64,000 nucleotides of DNA from Azolla caroliniana (GCA_043228905.1 JBHGNT010000020.1:13454001-13518000); one strand, 5' to 3'; positions 38,997 to 52,289 are shown, counted from the stretch's first letter. The notes: a model not told the origin generated them from the sequence alone. Program-made: numbers and translations.

Positions 38997-39756
38997 CCAA
39001 CTACATTAAGAGATGTTGTACGGTATGCAAAAGAATGTGACCTATGCCAGCGAATGGGCCAGCCAACGGAGCAAGCTCGGATGCCACACCAGCCTGTACT
39101 ACCACTCGAACCATTCCAGAAGTGGGGGCTGGACTTTGTTGGACCGTTCAAACCACCGGCAATGAGAACATGTAATCGGTACGCCATCGTCGCGACGGAT
39201 TACTGCACGAAATGGGTGGAGGCCAAAGCCTTAAGAGACAACACCGCTGCGTCAACGGCAAAATTTCTATACGAATACATCTGGTGCCGTTACGGATGCC
39301 CAATCGAATTAATAAGCGACCAAGGGGGGCACTTTCTCGGCCAAGTAGTTGAAAGCCTAACGACATTCTATGCCGTTGTCCATAAACGGAGCACACCATA
39401 CTATCCGCAAGCAAACGGGTTAGCTGAGTCGACGAACAAAACGCTCCAGAATATCCTCCGGAAGATCGTCAACGAAAACCGAACGGATTGGGATACCAAG
39501 CTACATAGCGCGCATTGGGCATACCGGACAACCTACAAAACGAGCATCCGAACAACACCGTTCCGGTTAGCGTTCGGACTAGAGGCGGTCATGCCGGTGG
39601 AATTCCAAGTACCAAGCTTACGGATCTAGCTACGGGAACGGCTGAACGAGAAGGAGTCGGAGGCAATACGGTTAACAGCGCTGTGTGAACTCGAGGAACA
39701 ATGACTAGTAAGCATCTTGCACTTAGAATTGGAACAACGGCGACGGAAAGCATTTG
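38997..39756 (+). pseudogene. Element C integrase core (continues at 45469-45883)
   Basis: CDLCQR, PFQKWGLDFVGP, LISDQG, YYPQANGLAE; the WTGPY motif follows element H. Confidence 0.92.
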
Positions 39757-42700
39757 TGTTGAGAGACAAGCTCAACATCGGCCGGATCGGCTGAAGAAGC
39801 CGAGGACCGAATCGGTTGGGACCGATCGGTTAGGCCGAATGCGTAAACCGGGAGGCCGTTAGGAAAGATATTCCGTGAGGAATATATTTGGGAGTTAGTG
39901 TAGGAGCTCTCAATGAGCATTGAAGTACTGTCAGTACTTCGGTCAGTCCTTCTAGGACTTGTATAAAAGTGTTCATTGAACACACATATGAATAACATAG
40001 TAAAATAGAGATTGAGTATTTTTTCTGAATATAATTCTCGTGTTTTCTCTCACTCTCTCTGTCTCTGTCTCTCCCGCGTATACTGCGTAAGCTCAAGCTC
40101 TCCATTAAACCTGAGTTTTCTTCCTCCTATTCGGTCTTCATACGTGCTTCCGCACGTTACTTTCTACATGGTATCAGAGCGCGAGGGTTGAGAACCTCTC
40201 TGCAGCCGACACATCTTGACGAAGAAGAACAAAAAGAACGATGGATAGAGGCATGGCGAGCTCGCTTCCAACAGAGAAGCTCGACAAAACCAACTACGCG
40301 TCTTGGTCCTACAAGATGCACCAGTACCTGCTCAAGCACGGCTACTGGAGTTATGTCGAAGGAGCTAATGACGCGGCACCCGAATCGACACACAGAGATT
40401 TCCCGTCGTGGGAGCAATCGGCGAGCAGGGTATTATACTACTTCGCGTCGTGTGTGGGCGAACAACTATTGACCTATGTTCGGGATGCAAAGACGCCGAA
40501 GGGTGCGTGGGAAAATCTGAAGAAGATTCTCGCCGCGAGCACCACAACTAGGAAGCTTCAGCTTCGACAGGAGTTGAGCAACCTACGACAATGCGACTTG
40601 TCGGTGGCGAACTATACCTCGAAGATCAAGGATATCTGCGACTCCCTCATCTCCATAGAGGTGAACATCGAGGAGAGCAAGATGGTCCACATCTGTCTCG
40701 GAGGTTTGGTATCGAAGTTCGGAGCGTTCTGAACGGCTGTGTGTACCCGGGAGAATACGCCGTCCTTTTCGACTTACAGTCAATGCTCCTGGTAGAGGAG
40801 AACCATGCGGGTGCGTCTACAAGCACGCACACCGACAGTAGAATGTTGTACATGGAGGGAGATAGGCCCTGTGGACGTGGAGGACGAGGCAAGTTGGCAC
40901 GCAATGGAGGCGGCCGAGGAGATCGAGGAAGAAGGCACCGAAGTGATGCCGACAGCAACTCCGGACCCTCCGGAAACAGGGGAAGTCGAAGCGATGAGAA
41001 CCGGCAAGGGAAGGCCATCGCGGAGTGCTGGTACTGTGGCAAGAAAGGCCACAAGGAAAGTGAGTGCTGGAAGAAGCGTGCCGATTCGGAGAGAACCGGT
41101 TCCGGAAACGGCTCCGGACATACCGACAAGGGAAATCAACAGCGATCGCAGTACGCCGAAGACTCCGGGAGAGCCGGAGAAGGGTCTGCCTTCGTGACGA
41201 GACACGAAGCAAACTCAATGAAATAGATCACCCCGAGATCGGACGAGGTGTGGTACGTAGACTCCGGCGCGTCAAACCACATGACGAGCCATAAGGAGTG
41301 GTTCTCGTACCTTGAAAAACCGATACAACCTAGAGTAGTCGCAACTGGAGACGACACTCCGCATCCAATCGTGAATGTCGGAGAAGTTCCCCTTAGCCAT
41401 GTCGGGCAGAAAGGGAAACTCATGAACGTGCTGCAAGTTCTGACAATCACGAAGAACTTGGTCTCGGTCGGACAGATCGTCGACCAAGGGATGGAGGTTC
41501 GGTTTACACACCTCGGGTGCTTCATTGAGGAAGAAGGCCGTGTGATTGCGTAAGGGCGCAGAGACGGGAGGATGTTCATCCTCGACTCCACTGACGGTGG
41601 CACCACAATGTTCGCGAAGGGACAAAAATCCGAGTCGGACATCGACTTGTGGCACAAGTGGATAGGCCACGTCAACTACTAGCGGCTTCAAGATCTGCAA
41701 TCGAAATAGGTAGTGTTCGGATTGCCCAAATTTAGTGACCGAAAGGCACAAATTTGTGAAGCCTGCCAGCTCGGGAAGCAACACCGACTTCCTTTCCCCA
41801 ACGAGCGAAACCGGAGCCGGAGCAAGCTCGACCTTATACACTCCAATGTATGGGGGTCGGCACAAAACGTTAGTCTTGGCAGGAGCCGATATTTCGTCTC
41901 CTTCATCGACGACCACACGCGGCACACGTGGATCTACCTCATTGAGAGGAAGAGCGAAGTCTTCGACTGTTTCCGGGACCTCAAAGGGTTCGTGGAAACG
42001 GAAACAGGACGAAAGATCAAGTGCCTGCGGTCGGATGGTGAGTACTTTTCTGGTCAATTCAACGGTTATCTACAACAAATGGGAATTCGGCGCGAATTCA
42101 GTTGTAGATACACACCGGAGCAGAACGACGTGGCCGAGAGGAAAAATCGGTCAGTTGTGGAAGCGGCATGGGCAATGCTGGAGGAGAAGAGCTTGCCCAA
42201 GTTCTACTGGGCCGAGGAGGTAAGGACCGCGGTATACATCCAGAACTGGATCGGAGACAAAGTGTCGGCGCACGAGCTATATTTCGGAACGAAGCCGAAC
42301 TTGCGACACTTGAGGGTGTTCGGTAGCATTGCGTATGTGCATGTACCGACGGAGAAAAGGAGGAAGCTGGACGCAAAGGCCGAGAAATGCATCTTGGTCG
42401 GTTACTCGGACGAGCAGAAGGGTTATAAGTGCTATAACCCTCGCACCAAACAAGCGCGTGTTAGCCGCGACGTTGTGTTTGACGAGTCCGCGTCCTGGTA
42501 CCAGCCCCCGACTCCAATCCGAGCTCTAACGATGAAGTCAGCGAGGCCGAGATGCCTCCGGATGAGCCCGAAATCAAGACCCGCGAAGAGAGTTCGATTT
42601 CACTCCGATTAAGTGGACCGATTGGACGACTGAGTCGGTACGACTAGTCCGATGAAGAGCTGGCGAGTAGTGGAGACTCGGCCGTGCATTCCCCGCGCAG

Positions 42701-45468
42701 GAAGCCGAGGAGACGGCTTACGCGCAAAGAGAAAGGGAAGAAGAAGGTGTCGGATTCCGGCACGGATAAGAACGAGTCAGACCGAGTCAGACCGACGCGA
42801 GTCCGACTCTGAGGGAACCGGTGACGGGTCTTTAAAGGTGAAGTCTGTGTCGACCGAGAAGGCCTCCACATCGGCTAATGTGAGATTACGCCGATCTACC
42901 CGCCAGAAGAATCCTGTTTTGCGGTTCGGATACAACGAGTACATGGCGCATCATTATGCGTACATGACCCGTGTAGCGGAAGTGCGTGAGCCGGAGAGCT
43001 ACGGAGAAGCGGCTAAAGACGCGAATTGGCGTGCCGCGATGGAGGAAGAGATGCACGCATTGGCGGAGAACGAGACCTGGGATCTGGTTGACGCACCAAC
43101 AGGGGTAAAACCGATCGGGTGTAGGTGGTTGTACAAGGTCAAGTACAACACCGATGGCTCGGTCAACCGGTACAAGGCTCGGCTAGTGGCAAAGGGTTAC
43201 GCGTAGAAACACAACATCGACTACGATGAGACGTTTGCGCCGGTCGCGAAAATGACGACCGTCCATGTTTTGCTCGCAGTAGCTACGTTGAGGGGGTGGC
43301 ATTTACATCAGATGGATGTAAAGAATGCATTCCTGCAAGGTGACCTTGAGGAACAAGTGTACATGGTACAACCCCCTAGATTTCACTCTGGAACGAACTC
43401 CTCGGCAGTATGCCGACTGAAGAAGTCTCTTTACGGACTGAAGCAAGCCCCGCGTTCTTGGAACGCGAAGATCACGCAACAACTGCGTCGGATGGGCTTC
43501 GTCACGTCAAAATCGGACTCTTCCCTGTTCACCCGGAAAGGTCGACTCAGACCGGTTAGTATTTTACTATATGTTGATGACTTGGTCATCACCGGCGCCG
43601 ACCTAGGTGAAATCAACCGCGTGAAGCTCCAGCTTGCGGCATCGTTTGACATGAAGGATCTGGGGGACCTTCATTACTTCCTCGGGATCGAAGTGATCCG
43701 TGCCCCCGAAGGCATATTGATCAGCCAACGTCATTACGTGTTGAGTATGCTCTTCAAATTCGGGATGGCCGACTGTAAGTCCATCTCGACTCCTCTGGAC
43801 AGAACCGTCAAGCTTCGTCCCGATACGGGAACGGTATGCGACCCGACGAGGTTCCAACAAATTGTCGGAAGCCTCAAATACTTGACCATCACCTGACCTG
43901 ACCTCAGTTATCCGGTCGGAGTGATCAGTCAGTTCATGGCGCGACCTACCGAGGAGCACCTCCAGTGTGCGCAACGCATACTTCGGTATGTCAACGGCAC
44001 TAAGGACCGGGGACTGCTATATCGGACCGGTGCAGCCGCGTAGTTAGTCGGCTACACCGATGTTGATTGGGCTGGCAACGCCGCCGATCGCCGATCCACG
44101 TCTGGATACGGGTTCTCCCTCGGGAGTGCTGCGATCGCGTGTAGCAGTAAGAAGCAGCCGATAGTTGCACTGTCGAGCACCGAAGATGAGTACCGAGGAG
44201 CGGCTGTCGCGACATGCGAAGCCATATGGTTGAAACGACTGCTTAGGGACATGCAAGCGGAGGTGTCAGATCCGACGACGATCTACTGCGACAACCTCAG
44301 TAGCATCCAGCTCGCGAAAAATCCCGTTTTCCACGCACGGACCAAGCGCATTGAGGTGCACTACCATTTCGTCCGTGAGCGTGTCCTTTCCGGTAAAGTC
44401 GAACTTGAGTATGTTCCGACGGATCAGCAGACTGCCGACATCTTCACCCTCTTGGTCTGGACAAGTTGCGGCAATTCTCCGGTGCGCTCGGATTGCATCA
44501 CCTCGACGTGCCAAACTTGAGGGGGAGAACAGTCCCGAACGACCAAGCAAGGCAGCAGGAAAGGAGTGGAGACCGCGACACCGAGTCGGTTGACTCGGTT
44601 CTCGAGTTCGACTTCGGATCGGCTGAAGAAGCCAAGGGCGGGCCCGCGGAAAAGTCCGAAAGCGGACAGAAGGGGAGCAACCGAAGGAGAGAGCAAAAGC
44701 CAACCATGCATGGGGAAGATGACGCCACCGAGGGCGAGAAGACCGAAGACAAGTTGGAGACAGCCAACTCGGACGAGAGCGAAAACCGATCGAAGGTAGT
44801 CGAGTCGGTTCGGATGTTTGAGTCAGATACGCTGAATCAACCGAGGCCCAAACGGAAGAAAAGGCAGCAGGAGAAGCGTCAACACCACAACAGCAGAATA
44901 GCTGATAAGGGCCACATGAGTAGACAAGCCGATCGGAAGGGTCGAAGCGCGTGGAGTCGAACAAGTCGAGGAGCGCGAGCAAGGCGTGAAGCCAGGAGGA
45001 ACCGGAGCTGTGAGCCCGAAGATCCCGAAGAGCCTCAAGTTGAGCTTGAGGGGGAGTGTTGAGAGACAAGCTCAACATCGGCCGGATCGGCTGAAGAAGC
45101 CAAGGACCGGATCGGTTGGGACCGATCGGTTAGGCCGAATGCGTAAACCGGGAGGCCGTTAGGAAAGATATTCCGTGAGGAATATATTTGGGAGTTAGTG
45201 TAGGAGCTCTCAATGAGCATTGAAGTACTGTCAGTACTTCGGTCAGTCCTTCTAGGACTTGTATAAAAGTGTTCATTGAACACACATATGAATAGCGTAG
45301 TAAAATAGAGATTGAGTATTTTTTCTGAATATAGTTCTCGTGTTTTCTCTCACTCTCTCTGTCTCTGTCTCTCCCGCATATACTGCGTAAGCTCAAGCTC
45401 TCCATTAAACCTGAGTTTTCTTCCTTCTGTTCGGTCTTCATACTTGCTTCCACACGTTACTTTCTACA
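39757..45468 (+). mobile_element. Element H: full-length, decayed Ty1/Copia related to G
   Basis: 412-bp LTRs (39757-40168, 45057-45468; ~10 mismatches), TSD ATTTG, PBS TGGTATCAGAGC (40169-40180), gag-pol 40253-45062 with stops and frameshifts. Confidence 0.96.
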
Positions 45469-46259
45469 ATTTGTCGACCGACACAGGAAAGGAAATGAAA
45501 AAATGTTCGAAATCGGCAAGCCGGTGTTAGTATTTCAGACCTGGATGGGCAAGATGCCGGGTAAACTATGGTTTAGATGGACCGGCCCGTATTGGCTGAC
45601 ACGTGACTATCATGGGTCCTACCAGTTAGGGACACTTGCCAGCGAAGTGCTAGGAAAATGGGTCAACGGATTCAGATTGAAGCCATATAGAGGACCGATG
45701 CCCAAGCACCCATTTGAGCAAAGGACCGACACCGGATTGGGAACCGGTACGGAAACGACAACCTGTGAGGGAAACGGCAACCACCAAGACGGAGGAGACG
45801 GCAAGCCGATAACTGGGCAGAATGAGGCGACGGCAAACTGTAATGAGGCCGGTAAGGGTCCGATAGGACCAAAGGACAAGTAACCTCACACTACATTTAA
45901 AAATAAATAAATAAATAAATAAAGCGAAGTAATCATGCAAAAGCGAGGTATGAACGGACGAGAGAGCGAGGAGCGAAAAGGTACGTAGTGGGCATTTAAG
46001 CGCCGCCACAGGACATAATGCTATTTTAGGACACGACATGCACACGCTCGAAAAAGGCGCCAGAATGCACAGAGAAAAACCACAGCGCATGGAGACCTTC
46101 TCATTTCGCGAACCCAGGAGCATAGAAGCACCAAGGCGCTGGCAGATCACCAGACGAGAACCTACGCACAGAGAACCCCCGCTTTCTAAACTCTCTCTCT
46201 CTCACTCTCACTCTCATCACCATCCAACCTCGCCACCACAATCCGACCTCGACACAGAC

Positions 46260-48977
46260 ATGGACCCGCAAACGCTGCCGGAAGCCGCCAAGAAATGGCT
46301 AAAGCAACACGGGCTCGAGGGCTTCTTGACGATTATGGAGGCACCACCACACAAAGAAGCCGACAAGGTGATCAAAGAAATCGACACAGAGGTCATAACA
46401 GAGGAGGCGAACCGTACGTTAACAGGCCTTCCGGAGAGAGGCATATTCACGATCAACAATCCGACCTCGGAGCAACTCATCAAGTATTTTGGTGAGTACT
46501 CCCTAGCCAGCAAGCGCTACCGGACACAGGGCGGCGGAGATATGTTGTTCCGCGAGATTGCCTGTGTGCTCCACGAATACGGCCATGTGTACCCTAGACC
46601 CCCTGTCATGCCGCAGAACCGGGCAGGGATGATCATCGCCACCTATGAAGGGATCAAGGTGGATTGGCCGGTATTGATCGCAGACGGTTTGTGTGCGGCG
46701 ATCAAGATCGTCAGAGGAAAAGACGGCAAAGAAGGCTGAGACGGACGGAAGATATGGCACGCAGTAACGTAGTGGCTCACCTTGCTTGTGCCACCCGTCG
46801 AGCCCGTCGAGCCCAAGAAGCGGGAAAGAGTGGCAAACGACAACACAAAGACTGCTTCCAAAAGACAACAGCTGTTGGCCTCTAAGGCCACTACGGGGAA
46901 GGCGGCGGACGTAGAACAGGCGGGAAAGGAGAGCGCCAGCTGGAAGCGGCCAACGGATGCGCAGGAGGAACCACCGGTACGGCCCGTAAAGATTACACTC
47001 CGCCGACCGGTGAATAGAGAAGCAGACCCAATGTCGTCGGCAAGGACCATTGAGGTAGCCAGGAAACGATCGGACCCTCAGACGGAGGGAACACCGGCTC
47101 CCCATACTGAGACTCCCACGCCAAGGGAGGAATTGGAACCGGTGCGCATGGCACCAGAATCAGAAGCCCCTGCACCACCGGCAACACCGGCAAGTCCCGT
47201 TCCACTAGAGCCGGAAAGGTCAATGCAGCCTCGCTCGGCCAACCAAGAAGAAGCGCAAGGGGAACCAGGACAACAGGGTGGTCCACGGGCAGAAACGGAA
47301 TTGCAACTCGGTGCAATTAGGCGGGACCACCCACCCACAAGCGATCCCATCCGTCAAACCTCCGTGCAAGCGCAACAACAATGCACCGGTAGCCTGTGGC
47401 TCCGGTGGATAGGCGAACAGATTGCCGGAGAAGTGGGGTATATTGAGGCGGAAGAAAGAGCGCAAAGCGAACGGTTGCTCATCACAACCGAACAACTAGG
47501 GACGGCCCGGTCCAGAATCCGGTGCCTTGAGAAAGACGTGGATCAGGTCACGGCAGAAATGGCCAAAAGGGCCTTAACGGCAACATAGATCCAAGCACCG
47601 GTGACTCCGGTAAGTGTACAGAATAAAGAAACAGACCAACCTGTACATACTAATAAGACCTCGGCAATGGAAATCGTTCCAGAGAGAGATGCGGCGCAAG
47701 CCCAAGAGCTTGCAGAATTGAGAGATGAACTTGCCGCACAAGAAGCGCTAAGGAGCCGTGAACGGGAATTGAAGACAGCGGCCAAAGCAGAATTAAAGAA
47801 GACTACTGAGAACCTCCGCCGGGCAGAGGAGAGCCTCCGGAAAGGCCATCAAGCTTACGACCGGCTAAGGGAGGAAAAAGACAAAGTGCTGCAGGAAAAG
47901 GACAAGCTGCGGAAGACGGCGGAAATGGAAATTGAACGGCTAAAGGAGGAGCTCCGCCAGTAGAAGGACCGCGAGGACCGGGCCCGTCAACAGATCAACG
48001 TACGGCTCAAGCAAAAGACATATAATTTTGAGCACCTGCATCGGGACTACAAACGGCTGGAAACGGAGCATAAAGAACGGATGGCCGAGCTCTGGCAAGA
48101 AGTTGATCGGGCCGCGACGGCGCTCGCCGACAAACGAGCGGAAAATACAAGACGGTTGGACGAGGCGGAGAAGGTCCGGATGGAGCTCTAGAGGCAGTAG
48201 CAAGAAGAAAGGGAGAGAGCGTCAACGGTATTGCAAAAATTACAAAGCACATATCAAGGGCAATTGACGCATTACAAGGAGCAAGCGGAAGACAACGTCA
48301 AAATTATTAAGCAATTGAAGGAGGAACGGCAAGCTGCGGAGATCAAATCGCAGATGGGAACGGGCCGGATTCAGTGCATCCTCCGGGCATGGCTGAATCA
48401 GACAAAACGCTTGATTGACAAAAGCTCCGTAAGATGGTGGACAAAGTGGGCACAAAATATGGCGGAACTCCAATTGCTACGGGCAGACGTGGAAAACCGG
48501 CGGAAGGAAGGAGATGATTGTTACACGTTGACTTCTGAGGACTTCACCGTCATACGGGACAAGCTAGCCGAAGACTTCCAAGTCTTGGCGGATGAACAAC
48601 TGGTGCAGGTCCAGCAACTCGTAGCTCAACTAGACGATGATAGGCTGGACACTCAAATCTAGTTTGAGAGCTACGAGCGGTCCCGGGTTCGGGAAGAAAA
48701 ACCATAGGAAGCGGCAACGGTTAACCTTAGTGATGAGGAACCGTCGCCGGACGAGGGCCAGGCCGGAACCAGTCAACCGGAGACCACTACGACAAAGGGA
48801 GCAACGACGGTAACGCCGGTGTCAGAGCAACAAACGGAGGAGCAGCCACAGCAACCACCAACGGACCAGTCGCACCAACAGCAACAGCAACAACCACAAC
48901 AACAACAACAACTAATTCCAGATGAACCATTGGAGACTCTCGAACAAAGCATTCTAGATATTTTGGACGAAGAATAG
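46260..48977 (+). pseudogene. Element C 3' extra ORF (~900 codons): globular N-part, Pro-rich linker, long coiled coil, poly-Q tail
   Basis: ORF pieces 46038..46739, 46782..47588, 47601..47963 and 48231..48662 are in the same frame, separated by stop codons. Confidence 0.75.
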
Positions 48978-50235
48978 CAAGGGTCGGATGGTGGATTCGA
49001 CGTACAAGGTACTGTCCCACGGGCGTGCCATGTGTTACCGGCCGTCAAAGGAGTCAAGAGTGTGAAACGAAGGAGTTATTTATTTATTAAGGAATGGTTG
49101 TAAGTGAGCTATTAGTGTGGACGGACGGACCGGAATCGGTATGCCGTTCCGGATCCGGACCGATCCTGAATAGGTGCGGATGGCACCATTTTGTACTACA
49201 AACTGGAAACCTATTTAAAGGCCCGGATACAATGTAATGTGGAGTGGATAATTAATGAAGCTTAGTGTTTTTATCTCTCTGTGTTAATTGCCGTTTTGCA
49301 TTCATTGTTATATCTTACGCGTGTGATTATTAAGGACGATCTTACTAAGTAACCTAATTAAGTCGGATTAATCCTTGAGCCTAATCCTCTTGTCGTAACA
49401 CCCCTTTGGTGAAGTGTCTTCCGTAGACACCCTATGTTAGGCCATTGTCCGGCCCTAAGAGTTAACAGCCATCTGTGCCGGTCCCCACACATCCTAGTGG
49501 ACTATGTCCAATAGGCCTTTGCTCACATTCCTCTCCTTCGGGAACGGGTGTCGATGTTGCTTGCCGAATTGGCATGCTTTACATACTCGTTCAATCTCTT
49601 TCTCTTTGAAGGTCGAGAGCCCAATGACGACTCCTTTCGATTGCATCGCCTTGAGTTTGTTGAGATTGATATGGCCGATTCTTTTATGCCATAGCTCTAT
49701 GTCAGTTTGAGGCGCTTTGCAAACATGGTCAATTTTACCTCGTTTGCTTCAAGGATAAACATTTGGCCTTCCCTTCGACCACGATCAATTAGTCGTCCTT
49801 CCTTCTCAATGAAGCAACCTCGTTGGTTGAATCAAACTTGCATCCCTTGCTCCACAATTTGGCCAACTGAGACCAAATTCTTCATTATGGTGGGTACATG
49901 TAAGACATTTTTTATTCAAGTTTGTTCACCTTCTTTCCCGAATGGGACATTGCCAACATGCCGAATCAGATGAGTGGTGTCGTCTCCGGTCTTGACATAA
50001 CTGGGTCGGCGCCCATCTGCACTCCCTTGCCTTCATCCCCTCGTTGCCACCATTCGTCACTCTAGGTTTCACGTCGGCTCTCGGGCCGAACGCCGTAGTC
50101 TCTCGAACCGGTGTGAAGGATCCTCCTTTGGCCCGTTGTATCTCGAACCCTTATCCCAGGTCGTCTTTCTCCGCAAGTCGAGAGGGTGGCTCGCTCCACA
50201 TCCTTTCCCGTGGTACCGACGTACCGCGTTCCCGG

Positions 50236-50871
50236 TGTCATGAAGAAAACCGTCCACAAACGGAATCGGTGCGCCTGAGCATAGGAACCGACTCCTCATG
50301 CACGTACGCCTTGTGTTGTACATAGGAGAGAGTTAGGGACATGGGAGATCCTAGGTAGGTAGATTCGGTAGGTAGGAAGTTAATAGGAAACGGCTCCCTT
50401 CTTGCCTATAAAAGGAGGGAGACGAGGAGGAATGGATCGCGCGAAGTAAGAGAGGACGAAGTGATGTCGGATTGCGGGCCGAAGGCTTCTCTCTCTTTCA
50501 AAACTCCATAGCTTCTTTCCGTGCAGGTTTGGGGAGGCTCGTGTTGCTCTGAGGAAAGCCCGAGTGCTTCCGGCAGCACCTCCAACCTACTCCTTTCTTT
50601 CTGTGCGCTTACAAACAGGCATCGGCATCTGTTCGCCGGCCTGGTCGGTTGTAACCGACTTCGTGTTCTTGTTGTTTTGTCTTTGTTAATACATACATAC
50701 ATTCGTGTCTCTCTGTGTCGCTGTCCCACTCGCGTCTTTGTGTCGAAGGGCCGTGTCCCTGTGAATCTACGCTCGCACGTAGTGGGTCTCTTCTCCTTTC
50801 TCTCTTGCTCTTCAGTACAGGACCCCCGAGGTCCCACCTCATTCCACGCATCCGCGAGGAATACCTCGACA
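50236..50871 (+). mobile_element. Solo LTR related to the F LTR, in opposite orientation
   Basis: TGTCATGAAGAAAACCGTCC...CGACA, collinear with the reverse complement of 55804-56450; flanks CCGG/CCAG (possible mutated 4-bp TSD). Confidence 0.8.
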
Positions 50872-51969
50872 CCAGCCTCTTTGTAGGCCTTCTCTCTCCT
50901 CCCTCCCAAATCGGTTATCCGGAAGTCCACTCTGCCCGGTTCTCGTCCGGCCCGTCCGTCACTTCGCCTTGCAGGGTCCCATTCTCCTACCGCCACCGTC
51001 AATATCTTGGTCTTACGTCGGATCCGATGCCGACCGCCGAAGTCTCTAGCTCGGTGCGAGGTGACCCATAGGACCGGGCTTCGGTCTCCGCTTCATCCCT
51101 TGTACTTCTCCCGAATTCGTCATCGCTCTTCTTGTTGTGCTCCCGCCTCCATCTTCCATCTCTTTCGGTCTCACGTTGCCACGCCGGCCGAACTGCCGAA
51201 GTCTCCAATCAAGATGTGGATACACCGATTTCGTAACGACTCCTGACGACTCATCCGGGGCCACCGACCCTTTTAGTGGTGTCGGTGGAAAGCATCCGCT
51301 CTATGATCAATCAAACCCCGCCGATCTTGCCGAACTCGTTCCGTATCCTTGATCATCTTCCTTTCGATTCCCGACCTTCTCCCGGTCGGTCTTTCTCCCC
51401 ATGTAAAAGAGGGTGACTCGTCAAGCACCCTCTCTCGTACCGGCATTGCCGTGCTCTGCTTGGCCTCTGGCTCGACCACGTCCGTCTCGTCCGCGCGCCC
51501 CCTTCCCGTTGTGATGTCCCTTTCCTCCACCGGACATCCCTTGATCGGGATGTCGTCCAAGAATGGCATGGTGACGTCCGGGATACAATCCCTCAGCACC
51601 TTGTTCATCGCATTCACCATGTGGGCCACCGAGTTCGTCCCTCCTTGCGGCAGGGTGCACATCCGTACTAGGTCGAGAGGAGTCCGCATCGTCGTAATGT
51701 CTCTGCTCTCTACGGCTAGTTGGAACTGATCGTACCCCGAGTATAGATCACCGACCGAGTAGATCAACCTTCCGGCGAAGGCCTCCGCGAACTCGTCTAT
51801 CGTTGGTCTGATTCCTGCGTTCCGAATGGTCACTTTGTTGACTGGCTGCAGGTCTTGAATGAAGCGCAACGTCCCGTTCTTCTTCGGTACAGTAAACCAC
51901 CGGTTCGAGTACAGGGCACTCGACGGTTCGAGGATGCCCATATCGACTTTCTGCCTCAATAGCTCCATC

Positions 51970-52125
51970 GTGTCTTAATTATGTTTCTCTAGTTCGTAAT
52001 AGCACCTCTCTATTTCATTTCTATTAGTATGGTAATCCTCTTCCCTCCCCGTAACCCTTGTTTTTAAATTTTAATTATGTTTTTCGTCTCGTATTTTAGT
52101 TTTAATCTTAGGTTTATTTATGTCT

Positions 52126-52163
<38 letters not shown>

Positions 52164-52250
52164 AGTTTTAATCTTAGGTTTATTTATGTTTTAATCTCTC
52201 GCTCTAGCTCTCTCTCTTTAGTTTTAATCTTAGGTTTATTTATGTTTTAA

Positions 52251-52289
<39 letters not shown>

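Larger units (their letters stand above)
30517..49467 (+). mobile_element. Element C: Athila/Tat-related non-chromovirus Ty3/Gypsy (~9.9 kb without nested D and H)
   Basis: 435-bp LTRs (30517-30951, 49033-49467; ~20 mismatches by eye), TSD GCCAT, PBS TGGCGACCACG at 30959-30969, gag-PR-RT-RH-INT plus a 3' extra ORF. Confidence 0.95.
21849..50010 (-). mobile_element. Element G: old Ty1/Copia, 5'-truncated host of the nest (own sequence 21849-22276, 27904-30516, 49468-~50010)
   Basis: 3' LTR ~21849-22212 with PPT at 22213-22224; degraded RH/RT/INT ORFs 27878-30532; integrase continues across TSD GCCAT into 49468-50010 (DVWGP, KNLVSVGQIV). Confidence 0.88.
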
